A stretch of DNA of 64,000 bases from a virus. The translations under genes and the position numbers were made by a program. The notes under the pieces were generated by a model, which was not told the DNA's origin, did no database searches, and saw nothing but the letters and a program-made list of their open reading frames with translations. Below, piece by piece: positions 46,220 to 55,038 of this stretch; position 1 is the first letter of the stretch, and every line of letters starts with the position of its first letter. The DNA is taken from IMG/VR virus record IMGVR_UViG_3300025132_008118. One strand, given 5' to 3'.

Positions 46220-46543
46220 ATGAGTGACGAAGACGAAAACAACGAGAGCGAAGAAGATCTAGTTGATAAGAACATCGTCAATAAAGATATCGACCCTGAT
46301 ACTGAAAGTTTAATAAGAGATGCTTTAAAAACTTTAGTCCAAGAAAAATTTAATAACAGAAAAACCGATGATGAAATCGAAGCAATGATTTCAACATGTG
46401 CTGAGTTTATGAAATGTTTTGTTATTATGGGTTACGACTTTAAAGGTAATTCAATAAAACCTATTTTCTATGCAAAAAATGATATAGATACCGATGCTCT
46501 TACTCAGTATATTCAAAAATTTATAATGAATTCTTTACATTGA
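46220..46543 (+). CDS. Hypothetical protein
   Basis: TAAATA at 46209..46214, 5 nt upstream. Confidence 0.65.
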   Translation: MSDEDENNESEEDLVDKNIVNKDIDPDTESLIRDALKTLVQEKFNNRKTDDEIEAMISTCAEFMKCFVIMGYDFKGNSIKPIFYAKNDIDTDALTQYIQKFIMNSLH

Positions 46544-46567
46544 TTTTTAGTTTTTTTAAGCTAAAAT
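46540..46567 (+). promoter_or_regulatory. Sigma70-type promoter TTGATT-N16-TAAAAT
   Basis: 6 nt before ATG 46574. Confidence 0.6.
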
Positions 46568-46573
46568 ATATAT

Positions 46574-47452
46574 ATGAATGTTTTAATACTCGGTAAGGGT
46601 TATGTAGGTAACCATTTACTAACATATCTAACTAATGCATCTAAAGATGACGTGCATTTAAATCTATTTTATAAATCTAAAAAAGATTTGGATTATACTA
46701 ATTCTGAAATATTGTATAATTTTTGTTTATCAGAAGAAATTGAAACAGTTATCAATGCTTCAGGCTATACTGGTTCACCTAATGTAGATAGTTGTGAAGA
46801 TAATAAACAAGATTGCTTTTTTTACAACGTAAATGTCCCAGTAAGTATTGAAAGTATTTGTAAATCTTTAGATATTAATTTTATTCATATTGGTTCAGGG
46901 TGTATATATGAAGGGTATGAAAAAGAATTTACAGAAAAATGTACACCTAATTTTGGATTATATCAACCGCATTCAAGCTTTTATAGTAAGACAAAACATA
47001 TATCTGAATTAATGCTCGATACTAATTTTACTAATATTATTCGAATTAGAATGCCTATTGAATGTAAGTTAACTAAAAAAAATCTATTAACTAAACTTAT
47101 GAATTACCCTAATTTGATTGATTTTGTCAATAGTAAAACAGATATGATAGTTTTATGTAAATTTATCGAAACTGTAATAAAAAACTTTAAAGCTGGTATA
47201 TACAATGCAGTTCACTCGAGTGCATTAGGTACTGAAGAGGTTATTGACATTTTAAAAGAGTATGGTATTAAAAATGACGATTGGAAGTTTATACCTTACG
47301 ATGAGCTTGAAATAAAATGTAATCGGAGTAATTGTGTGTTATCTAATCAAAAAGCCAAAGATGAATTTGATTTTGATTTCGGGAATGAAGAACATTACTT
47401 AAGAATAAACGCATCTATGATTGGAAGGGAATTAAAATGGAAAAAGAATTAG
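46574..47452 (+). CDS. rmlD: dTDP-4-dehydrorhamnose reductase-like protein (RmlD family)
   Basis: GKGYVG, INASGYTG.PNVD.CE, YSKTK, RIRMP. Confidence 0.8.
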   Translation: MNVLILGKGYVGNHLLTYLTNASKDDVHLNLFYKSKKDLDYTNSEILYNFCLSEEIETVINASGYTGSPNVDSCEDNKQDCFFYNVNVPVSIESICKSLDINFIHIGSGCIYEGYEKEFTEKCTPNFGLYQPHSSFYSKTKHISELMLDTNFTNIIRIRMPIECKLTKKNLLTKLMNYPNLIDFVNSKTDMIVLCKFIETVIKNFKAGIYNAVHSSALGTEEVIDILKEYGIKNDDWKFIPYDELEIKCNRSNCVLSNQKAKDEFDFDFGNEEHYLRINASMIGRELKWKKN

Positions 47453-47871
47453 TGGGGTTTACAGCAGGTAATTTTGATTTATTACATCCTGGTTACATAT
47501 ATACTTTTGAAGAAGCAAAAAGACATTGCGATAGATTTTTAGTATTCCTACAGAAAGATCCTTCAGCTACTAGATATACAAAATACAAACCTGTTATACC
47601 TTATTATGAAAGATATAAGACGTTAATGGCAATTCAGTATGTTGATGAAGTTTATATGTACCAAACAGAAGAAGAATTAATAGAATTAATTAAATTTTTT
47701 AAACCTGATATTAGAATTTTAGGTGAAGATTATATTGGTAAATCATTTACAGGTGACAATTTACCTGGTAAAGTTATATATACAACTAGATCTCATGAAT
47801 GGTCAACAACTAGAATTAAAGATTTAATTACTCAACAAACTATAAAACAAAATCCTGATATAATTAAATGA
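47437..47871 (+). CDS. TagD-like cytidylyltransferase (HxGY variant)
   Basis: AGNFDLLHPGY, ERY..L.A..YVDEV, LGEDY, RSH.WSTT. Confidence 0.85.
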   Translation: MEKELVGFTAGNFDLLHPGYIYTFEEAKRHCDRFLVFLQKDPSATRYTKYKPVIPYYERYKTLMAIQYVDEVYMYQTEEELIELIKFFKPDIRILGEDYIGKSFTGDNLPGKVIYTTRSHEWSTTRIKDLITQQTIKQNPDIIK

Positions 47872-48728
47872 GTAGAAAAATATTAGTAACAGGTGGCGCC
47901 GGTTTTATCGGTAGCCATTTATGTGAAAGATTAGTAAAAAAAGGTTATGATGTAACGTCAATTGATAATTATTTTACCGGTAATAAAGATAACCATGTTG
48001 ACGGTGTAAAATATATTACTGGTAACACGGGAGATATTAAATGGTCTGAATTGGATACACCAGATATTGTTTACCATTTAGGTGAATATTCTCGAGTAGA
48101 GCAAAGCTTTCAAGATATTGAATTAGTGTATAAATTTAACACTCTAGGTACAGTTAAAGTATTGGAATTTGTAAAAGATCGCGGCTGCAAACTTATTTAC
48201 GCTGGCAGTGGTACAAAATTTAGTGATAACGGTGCTAACGCATCTCCTTACGCTTTTACAAAAGCTCAAAATACACAATTAATTATAAATTACGGTAAAT
48301 GGTATAATATATCTTACGCAATAACATATTTTTATAATGTATATGGTCCAAGAGAAATAAAAAATGGTAAGTATGCAACTCTTATAGCATTATATAAAGA
48401 AAAGGTAAAAAATGGTAAAAATCTACCAGTAGTTTTACCTGGCGTTCAAAGAAGAAATTTTACTCATATAGATGACATTGTTGATGGGTTAATATTAGTT
48501 GGGGATAAAGGTCAAGGCGATAATTATGGTATTGGTCATCATGAATCATATTCAGTTATCGATGTTGCAATGATGTTTTCTAATTATTTTAACGTTGACA
48601 TAGAAGAGTTGCCAGAACGAAAAGGTAATAGAATAACTGGTGACTTAGTTACTGAAAAAATAAAATCTTTAGGGTGGTTACCTAAGAAAAATTTAAAGGA
48701 ATATATAAAAAATGAAAGAAGAAGGTAA
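47868..48728 (+). CDS. NAD-dependent epimerase/dehydratase
   Basis: TGGAGFIG, YAFTK, YNVYGP, RNFTHIDD. Confidence 0.9.
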   Translation: MSRKILVTGGAGFIGSHLCERLVKKGYDVTSIDNYFTGNKDNHVDGVKYITGNTGDIKWSELDTPDIVYHLGEYSRVEQSFQDIELVYKFNTLGTVKVLEFVKDRGCKLIYAGSGTKFSDNGANASPYAFTKAQNTQLIINYGKWYNISYAITYFYNVYGPREIKNGKYATLIALYKEKVKNGKNLPVVLPGVQRRNFTHIDDIVDGLILVGDKGQGDNYGIGHHESYSVIDVAMMFSNYFNVDIEELPERKGNRITGDLVTEKIKSLGWLPKKNLKEYIKNERRR

Positions 48729-49671
48729 AAATATACTAGTAACGGGTGGTTACGGGTTCATCGGTGGTAACTTTATACGATTTCTACGAGATAACTTCCC
48801 TCAGCATAAAATAACATGTATAGATAAAGATGGTTATGCATCAAATAAAGATTATGTTAAGGGGTTATGCGATAAAGAGTATAAATTAGATATTATCAAT
48901 ACATTAGAGTTAGAAAATGTTTTTTTAACTAATGATAAGTTTGATTACGTTTTTCATTTTGCAGCAGAATCTCATGTTGATAATAGTATTAGCGGTCCCA
49001 AGGTTTTTATTGAATCAAACGTATTAGGTACGCAAAATATGTTAGAATGTTTCCGGAAAATTAATAATAATTACGGTAGATTTATACATATTAGTACTGA
49101 TGAGGTTTACGGGCATCTAGGGTTCAATGATCCATCATTTACTGAGTTAACTCCTATTGCACCTCGTTCTCCCTATGCTGCAAGTAAGGCATCAAGCGAT
49201 CTCTTATGTATGTCATATATTGAAACGTTTGATTGTAACATAAGTATAACGAGATGTTGTAATAACTATGGTCCAAATCAGCATAATGAAAAATTTATAC
49301 CAACAATCATAAAATCCTTGAGTCAAGGTAAGAAAGTACCGATATATGGCGAAGGTTTAAACGTTCGTGAGTGGGTACATGTACATGACCACAATTTAGC
49401 AGTGTGGTCTGTTGCAACACAAGGTAAAAATGAAGTTTATAATATTGGATCCGGTCTAGAACTATCAAATATTGAATTAGTAGATAAAATATGTACAATT
49501 ATGGGTAAGGACTTAGATAAAAACGTTATTTTTGTTAAAGATAGGCTCGGTCATGACTTTAGATACAGTATTAATTGCAATAAAATTAAAGAAGACTTGT
49601 TATATGAACCATTATACAATGATTTTGATGAACAATTAGCGGAATTAGTAAAAATTTATGAGGAAATCTAA
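48712..49671 (+). CDS. rmlB: dTDP-glucose 4,6-dehydratase
   Basis: TGGYGFIG, FAAESHVD, HISTDEVYG, PYAASK, NNYGP, REWVHV.DH, DRLGHD.RY. Confidence 0.93.
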   Translation: MKEEGKNILVTGGYGFIGGNFIRFLRDNFPQHKITCIDKDGYASNKDYVKGLCDKEYKLDIINTLELENVFLTNDKFDYVFHFAAESHVDNSISGPKVFIESNVLGTQNMLECFRKINNNYGRFIHISTDEVYGHLGFNDPSFTELTPIAPRSPYAASKASSDLLCMSYIETFDCNISITRCCNNYGPNQHNEKFIPTIIKSLSQGKKVPIYGEGLNVREWVHVHDHNLAVWSVATQGKNEVYNIGSGLELSNIELVDKICTIMGKDLDKNVIFVKDRLGHDFRYSINCNKIKEDLLYEPLYNDFDEQLAELVKIYEEI

Positions 49672-49936
49672 GATAAAAGCTGGGAACATGTATGCTTGTC
49701 ATCATGGACAGTGGGCAGGTCAAATGTTTTGTTTTATACGCCAGAATAAAAAGGAACAGACGTATAATTTTTTAAGAATGCCTGATATGGTAACAGTAGA
49801 AATGTCTCAAAACGATTTTAATAACGGTTTAGATAAGGATATTATAAAATTTGTCGAAAAATGTCCAAAATACGTGTTTAAAGTTATAGAATCTCAATAT
49901 AAAAAGAATGAAAATACTAACGATAGACGGAAATAA
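49658..49936 (+). CDS. Hypothetical protein
   Basis: Coupled ORF. Confidence 0.6.
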   Translation: MRKSKIKAGNMYACHHGQWAGQMFCFIRQNKKEQTYNFLRMPDMVTVEMSQNDFNNGLDKDIIKFVEKCPKYVFKVIESQYKKNENTNDRRK

Positions 49937-50792
49937 TTTAGTACATCGAGTATATTGGGTAGCTAATAATATAAAAAACGTATCCGAAAATTATCATGTA
50001 TATATGTTCCTGAATAGCGTTAAAAGTTACGTGGAAATGTACCAACCGGACAAAGTTTTGTGTGTATGGGATGAAAAACCAGACTATAGACCTAATAAAC
50101 GTAAGGAACTCTTAGAAGATTATAAAGGAAATCGTGATCCAGAGTACGGTAAAGAGGTACATAATAAGAATGAAATAATTAAAGAAATGCTAAATACATT
50201 AGGTATACCATCAATATTTCCTAGATCATATGAAGCTGACGATGTTATTAAAATAATAAACGATGCATATGATAAAATGAGCACAACTAAATTTTATTTA
50301 ACTAAAAAATTATTCAGACATGTTATTGTTACTGTAGATAAAGACTTATGCCAGTTAATTTCTAGTAAAGTTTCGGTATATGACCCAATAAGAAAAGTTG
50401 AAATTAACAAAGAAAACTTTAATGAAATATTGAAATATGATAAAAAAGATTTTATTAAAGTAAAAGCGTTAACTGGTGATAAAAGTGATAATATTCCCGG
50501 ATTAAAAGGTTTTGGTAAAGTTAAAATAGATAAGTTCCTTGCAGGGGAAGTTGTTTTAACTGAAGAAGAAAACGCTACATACAGTAGAAATTTAGAATTA
50601 GTTACGTTAACTGATGATAAAGATGAAAAGGAATATGTTTTAAATCAATTATCAGAGATTAAAAATGAAACTGATTATGACCAGTTTAAAAAATTAAGTA
50701 AAGATTACAATTTAAGTCAAATTGTAAAAAATGATACAAAATGGTATATTACCTTTTTCCAAAAAAATAGATTATTAGAGTTACTATCATAA
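49908..50792 (+). CDS. rnh: 5'-3' exonuclease / T4 RNase H
   Basis: IDGNN, WD, YKGNR, EADD, TVDKDL, GDKSDNIPG. Confidence 0.92.
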   Translation: MKILTIDGNNLVHRVYWVANNIKNVSENYHVYMFLNSVKSYVEMYQPDKVLCVWDEKPDYRPNKRKELLEDYKGNRDPEYGKEVHNKNEIIKEMLNTLGIPSIFPRSYEADDVIKIINDAYDKMSTTKFYLTKKLFRHVIVTVDKDLCQLISSKVSVYDPIRKVEINKENFNEILKYDKKDFIKVKALTGDKSDNIPGLKGFGKVKIDKFLAGEVVLTEEENATYSRNLELVTLTDDKDEKEYVLNQLSEIKNETDYDQFKKLSKDYNLSQIVKNDTKWYITFFQKNRLLELLS

Positions 50793-50800
50793 ATATTAAT

Positions 50801-51046
50801 ATGCAAGATCAATTTATTAACCCACAACAAATACGGTCACCATTTACCGGTGAGACTGTTAGACCAGTTTATAATACCTATGATGCTAATGGTAAAACGT
50901 ATGAACAAGCAGTGATGTCTGATCCAGTTACTGGTCATATTATTAAAAAGGGTTTAGTTTCTATTAAAGATGCTAAGACCGGTGAAGTCATACAAGATTA
51001 TAAGTCAGCATTATCTCAAAGTAATACAACTCAAAGCAGAAGATAA
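50801..51046 (+). CDS. Hypothetical late protein
   Basis: TAAATA at 50790..50795, 5 nt upstream. Confidence 0.65.
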   Translation: MQDQFINPQQIRSPFTGETVRPVYNTYDANGKTYEQAVMSDPVTGHIIKKGLVSIKDAKTGEVIQDYKSALSQSNTTQSRR

Positions 51047-51048
51047 GC

Positions 51049-51076
51049 TTGAAATATATAATATTGCATTTATAAT
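51049..51076 (+). promoter_or_regulatory. Sigma70-type promoter TTGAAA-N16-TATAAT
   Basis: 6 nt before GTG 51083. Confidence 0.65.
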
Positions 51077-51082
51077 TATAAT

Positions 51083-52123
51083 GTGATAGTTATACCAGAG
51101 CAATACGTTGTAAACGTTTTATATGAGAATGTCTATAAGATCTCATATAATAAATATACTAAAACTTATAATGGTTGCTGCCCTATATGTAAAGAAGGAG
51201 GGTCTTGGGGTAAAAAGAAACGATTCTATTATATACCTAATAAAGAATTAGCGTATTGCCATAACTGCGGGTATAGTAAAAAGGCTTTAACGTTTGTAAC
51301 GGAAGTAACGAATAAACCATTGCATATTATCGTTAATGAAGTTAAGGATTTTGATGTAGAAATACAAATACCAAATGAAGAAAATGTAGAGATAAGTAAA
51401 ACTATTGATAAAAGTTTACCTGAAGATTGTATTAATTTGTCTGATAGTAGTCAGGTAGAGTATTATAAAGATAATACTACAGTAAAAATAGCTTTACAAT
51501 TAATTAAAGACAGAAAATTAGATAAAGGTATCAATAAACCAAAAACATTTTATTTATCCTTAAAAGATCCTGTTCATAAAAATAGATTAATACTACCCTT
51601 TTATGATGAAAATGATAATATAATTTTTTATCAGTCTAGAGGTTTAACTAAAAAGGACTTATATGAAAGACCGAAATATCTAAGTAAAGTAGGTTCAGAG
51701 CGAAGCTTGTATGGTATCCAAAATATAAATTCAGATTTAGATAACGTTTTTATATTTGAAGGTCCTATTGATAGTTACTTTGTTGAAAACGGTTTAGCAA
51801 CTTGCGGTATTACTGAAAAAAGTAACAAGATGTTTACAACATTACAGTTACAGCAAATTAATAAACTAAACTTATATGAAAAAATTTATGTATTAGATAA
51901 CCAATACTGTGATAAAGCTGCTTTAAGTAAAAGTATCATATTAGCTGATAACAATGAAAAGATTTTTATATGGCCTAAAGAGTTGAAGCAGTTTAAAGAC
52001 TTTAATGATATATGTGTAGCTGGTAATAAAGACAAAATAAAACCTGAATTTATATTAAAAAATACTTATTCAGGTCTTAAAGCTAAATTATTATTAACTG
52101 AAATTAAAAATCACCTTCTATAA
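51083..52123 (+). CDS. 61: DNA primase gp61
   Basis: CPIC...CHNC zinc finger, RLILPF, FEGPIDS TOPRIM, LDN, KDFND. Confidence 0.93.
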   Translation: MIVIPEQYVVNVLYENVYKISYNKYTKTYNGCCPICKEGGSWGKKKRFYYIPNKELAYCHNCGYSKKALTFVTEVTNKPLHIIVNEVKDFDVEIQIPNEENVEISKTIDKSLPEDCINLSDSSQVEYYKDNTTVKIALQLIKDRKLDKGINKPKTFYLSLKDPVHKNRLILPFYDENDNIIFYQSRGLTKKDLYERPKYLSKVGSERSLYGIQNINSDLDNVFIFEGPIDSYFVENGLATCGITEKSNKMFTTLQLQQINKLNLYEKIYVLDNQYCDKAALSKSIILADNNEKIFIWPKELKQFKDFNDICVAGNKDKIKPEFILKNTYSGLKAKLLLTEIKNHLL

Positions 52124-52358
52124 GTGAATCGTGTGCTTTTCTTAATTCAGGGTCGTCAACATAAGGCTCTTGCTTTAATACATCAACAGCATCGAACACC
52201 TTTCCAAGTATTTGATTTATTTTATCTTCTAATTCAGGAACTTCTTGTTTAAGTTGCTCTAGTAAATTTACAGCACCTTCTGACAACTCTTCATTTTCAT
52301 CATGTGTATTGTCAAATTGAGCATAAGCTTCGAAAATTAAATCTTGATCTGTTTTCAT
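52104..52358 (-). CDS. Acidic late protein, putative internal head protein
   Basis: Leader MKTDQDLIFEAY; TAAATA at 52364..52369. Confidence 0.65.
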   Translation of the reverse strand: MKTDQDLIFEAYAQFDNTHDENEELSEGAVNLLEQLKQEVPELEDKINQILGKVFDAVDVLKQEPYVDDPELRKAHDSLIEGDF

Positions 52359-52370
52359 ATTATTATTTAA

Positions 52371-53006
52371 TTAAAATGGATATAACCTAGCGAGACTAGT
52401 AAACACTTCTAGAGCGTCAAAATCATTAGTATCTATTTTATCAATTTCCATAAGAGCATCTTCCATTTCAAGTAATATAGGCTTTAAAACTCCTTCTAGT
52501 TCAGGTTTACTGTTCATAAGCTCTTCAAGTCTTTCGAAAACAGAAGGTTCATCAACGTCATAGTCTGTATTACCTTCTTCATTATCTTCAATGAATTCAT
52601 CTTTGAGAACGGAATCTTCAATATCTTGCCTTAGTTGTGGAGAAATACTGCCTAAATCTATTTCATTATGATCGTCAAGTTCTTTGTTATACTTAAAAAG
52701 AGAAGTTATTTCAACATCGTGACCTGATATTTTTGCTTGTACGATATATTCATCACCATTTAACATTAATGCATCATTTTCATATTCTTCCATTTCACTG
52801 TGAGTCTTATTAGATTGAGCACTAGGTGGGCGAGTTTTTCTATACCTACCACCTGAACCATCTCTTGCAGCATCTACATTACTTGGTGCACCTCCTCTGG
52901 ACATATCAAATGATTTACCTTTAGGAGCTTTAGATGTACCTTTTTGCCAATCTTCAGTTAAAGCTTGGGTATAGGCTTCAAAAATTAAGTCTTGATCTTT
53001 ATTCAT
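52371..53006 (-). CDS. Acidic late protein, putative internal head protein
   Basis: Leader MNKDQDLIFEAYTQALTE. Confidence 0.65.
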   Translation of the reverse strand: MNKDQDLIFEAYTQALTEDWQKGTSKAPKGKSFDMSRGGAPSNVDAARDGSGGRYRKTRPPSAQSNKTHSEMEEYENDALMLNGDEYIVQAKISGHDVEITSLFKYNKELDDHNEIDLGSISPQLRQDIEDSVLKDEFIEDNEEGNTDYDVDEPSVFERLEELMNSKPELEGVLKPILLEMEDALMEIDKIDTNDFDALEVFTSLARLYPF

Positions 53007-53015
53007 ATTGAGTTT

Positions 53016-53432
53016 TTAATTAAATTTGTATTTAGGATCATTAGCACCTGCTAAATAACCTTTTAAAATTTCACTTAAAGAAGATATTTCCATTGCAACT
53101 CTGGCAATCTTTTTTGTTTCAGCATTTGAAATACTATCAAAAATAGTATCAGGTTCTGCTGAATTAAGTGACGTTTGAATGCTATCTGAAGTACCATTTA
53201 AGTAATCCCCAAATCTATCCATTTCATCAATCCAACTACTTAACTCTTCATACATCTGTCTAGACTGAGAACTTACTGCGTTTTCACTATCAGCTGGAAC
53301 ATCTACATCAAACTCTTCAGGTGATGTCTCTGGATCAAGGGTAGAAGCCATTGCTTCTTGATCAGTTAACTCGGTATTTTCATCATCTTGTTCAGATAAA
53401 AACTTTTTAAATCGTTTTTGGTATAAGCTCAT
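53016..53432 (-). CDS. Acidic late protein
   Basis: Leader MSLYQKRFKKFLSE; late promoter upstream. Confidence 0.65.
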   Translation of the reverse strand: MSLYQKRFKKFLSEQDDENTELTDQEAMASTLDPETSPEEFDVDVPADSENAVSSQSRQMYEELSSWIDEMDRFGDYLNGTSDSIQTSLNSAEPDTIFDSISNAETKKIARVAMEISSLSEILKGYLAGANDPKYKFN

Positions 53433-53437
53433 ACTAT

Positions 53438-53449
53438 TATTTATAAATA
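53438..53449. promoter_or_regulatory. Palindromic bidirectional late promoter TATTTATAAATA
   Basis: Perfect 12-bp palindrome giving TATAAATA on both strands, 5 nt from ATG 53432 (minus) and ATG 53455 (plus). Confidence 0.75.
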
Positions 53450-53454
53450 TTTAT

Positions 53455-53835
53455 ATGCAATCATACAAAAAATTTAAAGACTTTGTAAAAGTAATTAAAG
53501 AAGACGCTGGGCAAGAAATAATGCCCGATGTTACTAGAGACCAACCTGGTCAAAAAACAGAGTATCCTTCCCAACCATCTAGCGTTCAAGATATAATGAG
53601 CAGACAAAATCGAAGTGATGTTGCTCCAGAAAATGTACCATATCCATTAAATGAATTTGACGATGTTGTTGCTGGTGCATTTGTATCTTTACAAAATTTA
53701 GAAGAATTATTAAAGATAGCAAACACTAATACAGTTATTAAAGATAAGAAACCAATAGAAGGTATCGGCAAAGAGATAGTTGAATTAAAAGGTAGATTAG
53801 TTGATATTAGTAAAAAAGTTAGTAAAATAAAGTAA
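53455..53835 (+). CDS. Late protein, putative internal head protein
   Basis: Leader MQSYKKFKDFVKVIKE. Confidence 0.65.
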   Translation: MQSYKKFKDFVKVIKEDAGQEIMPDVTRDQPGQKTEYPSQPSSVQDIMSRQNRSDVAPENVPYPLNEFDDVVAGAFVSLQNLEELLKIANTNTVIKDKKPIEGIGKEIVELKGRLVDISKKVSKIK

Positions 53836-54197
53836 TGAAGAAATTAATAACGTCATTAACATTAACTTTTTTAGTTAGTGGTATATTTGGTATACTCTTT
53901 AGAGATTGGTTAGTGTTTGGATTGGTTACAATATTACAGATTTTATTCTTTTATTTCTTTAATACTATATATGAAAATTTTTTAATTAAAAGAGCTGTTG
54001 AAATTAATGCTCTAGCAGAAAAAGCAAAATATGATAATACAGTTACAGTTAGTTGTCCATGTGGTTCCACTCAAGATGTTGTATTATCATTAACTGAAGA
54101 TACTATTTATCGTTGCAATGATTGCAAAAATGAAATAAGAGCTACTACCAATATTGGTACTGCATTAGTTACCACCCCGTTAATGACTAAAAATTAA
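53835..54197 (+). CDS. Membrane protein with a C-terminal Zn-ribbon
   Basis: Two hydrophobic N-terminal segments; CPCG...CNDC. Confidence 0.65.
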   Translation: MKKLITSLTLTFLVSGIFGILFRDWLVFGLVTILQILFFYFFNTIYENFLIKRAVEINALAEKAKYDNTVTVSCPCGSTQDVVLSLTEDTIYRCNDCKNEIRATTNIGTALVTTPLMTKN

Positions 54198-54613
54198 TGG
54201 ACGAAAATGAAATAGATAGAATTGCTGATAAAATTGCTACTGATATACCTAGTACATCATTGCACCCTGTTAATGATTCAACGGAGATAAATATAGAACA
54301 AATAGTAGATTTATTCACCGGTAAAGATAATGATAAGAAAGCTCAAATGGTTACCGGTAGAGTTTATCAAAAAAATAAAAAACTTAAATTCTTAGAAACT
54401 TTTTTTAAATTAATTGAAGAAGAAATTAGTAAACTAGAAACTAAGAATAATAAAGATTTAGATAATTCATTTTTTAATTTAAATAAAAAAATTCTTTCAG
54501 CCAATATCTATAATATAAAAGAAATTATTAATCTTTACGGTATTGATGAAGATAGATTAGTCACATTTTTAGTAGGAACTGTGATACAATCTATATATGA
54601 TAAAAAAGACTGA
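54197..54613 (+). CDS. Hypothetical protein
   Basis: Coupled ORF. Confidence 0.6.
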   Translation: MDENEIDRIADKIATDIPSTSLHPVNDSTEINIEQIVDLFTGKDNDKKAQMVTGRVYQKNKKLKFLETFFKLIEEEISKLETKNNKDLDNSFFNLNKKILSANIYNIKEIINLYGIDEDRLVTFLVGTVIQSIYDKKD

Positions 54614-54860
54614 TGATATAATTCAAGAATACGGTATAGATTTTGTTGCAAGATTTGCGTGTTTATATGAAGGTGTTAATGTAGCTTGTAGTAGAGCTGA
54701 AAGAATAGGTTATGATACTGAATATAGTTCAGCTTGGATAAAACCTACAGCATTTCAAAAATACGTAGACGAAAGATACTTAGATATGAAACATGATATT
54801 CAACTATATTTGAAAGGAATTGATACAGATGAAATTTATCCCTGGGATGAGGTTTATTAA
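54597..54860 (+). CDS. Hypothetical protein
   Basis: Coupled ORF. Confidence 0.6.
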   Translation: MIKKTDDIIQEYGIDFVARFACLYEGVNVACSRAERIGYDTEYSSAWIKPTAFQKYVDERYLDMKHDIQLYLKGIDTDEIYPWDEVY

Positions 54861-55038
54861 TAGAACCGGTACCAACACAAAATTATTTACAACTAATAAA
54901 TTGTATATACTTCATGATATCAAAAGATTAAATGAAGATACAGTATCTTATACATTTTTAATTGACGCAGATATAAAAGAAATTAAATTTAAATCCTTTA
55001 AACAAGCAGAAGATTGGTTACAGCAAATTGCTATTTAA
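54820..55038 (+). CDS. Hypothetical protein
   Basis: Coupled ORF; true start probably MKFIPG. Confidence 0.55.
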   Translation: MIQMKFIPGMRFINRTGTNTKLFTTNKLYILHDIKRLNEDTVSYTFLIDADIKEIKFKSFKQAEDWLQQIAI

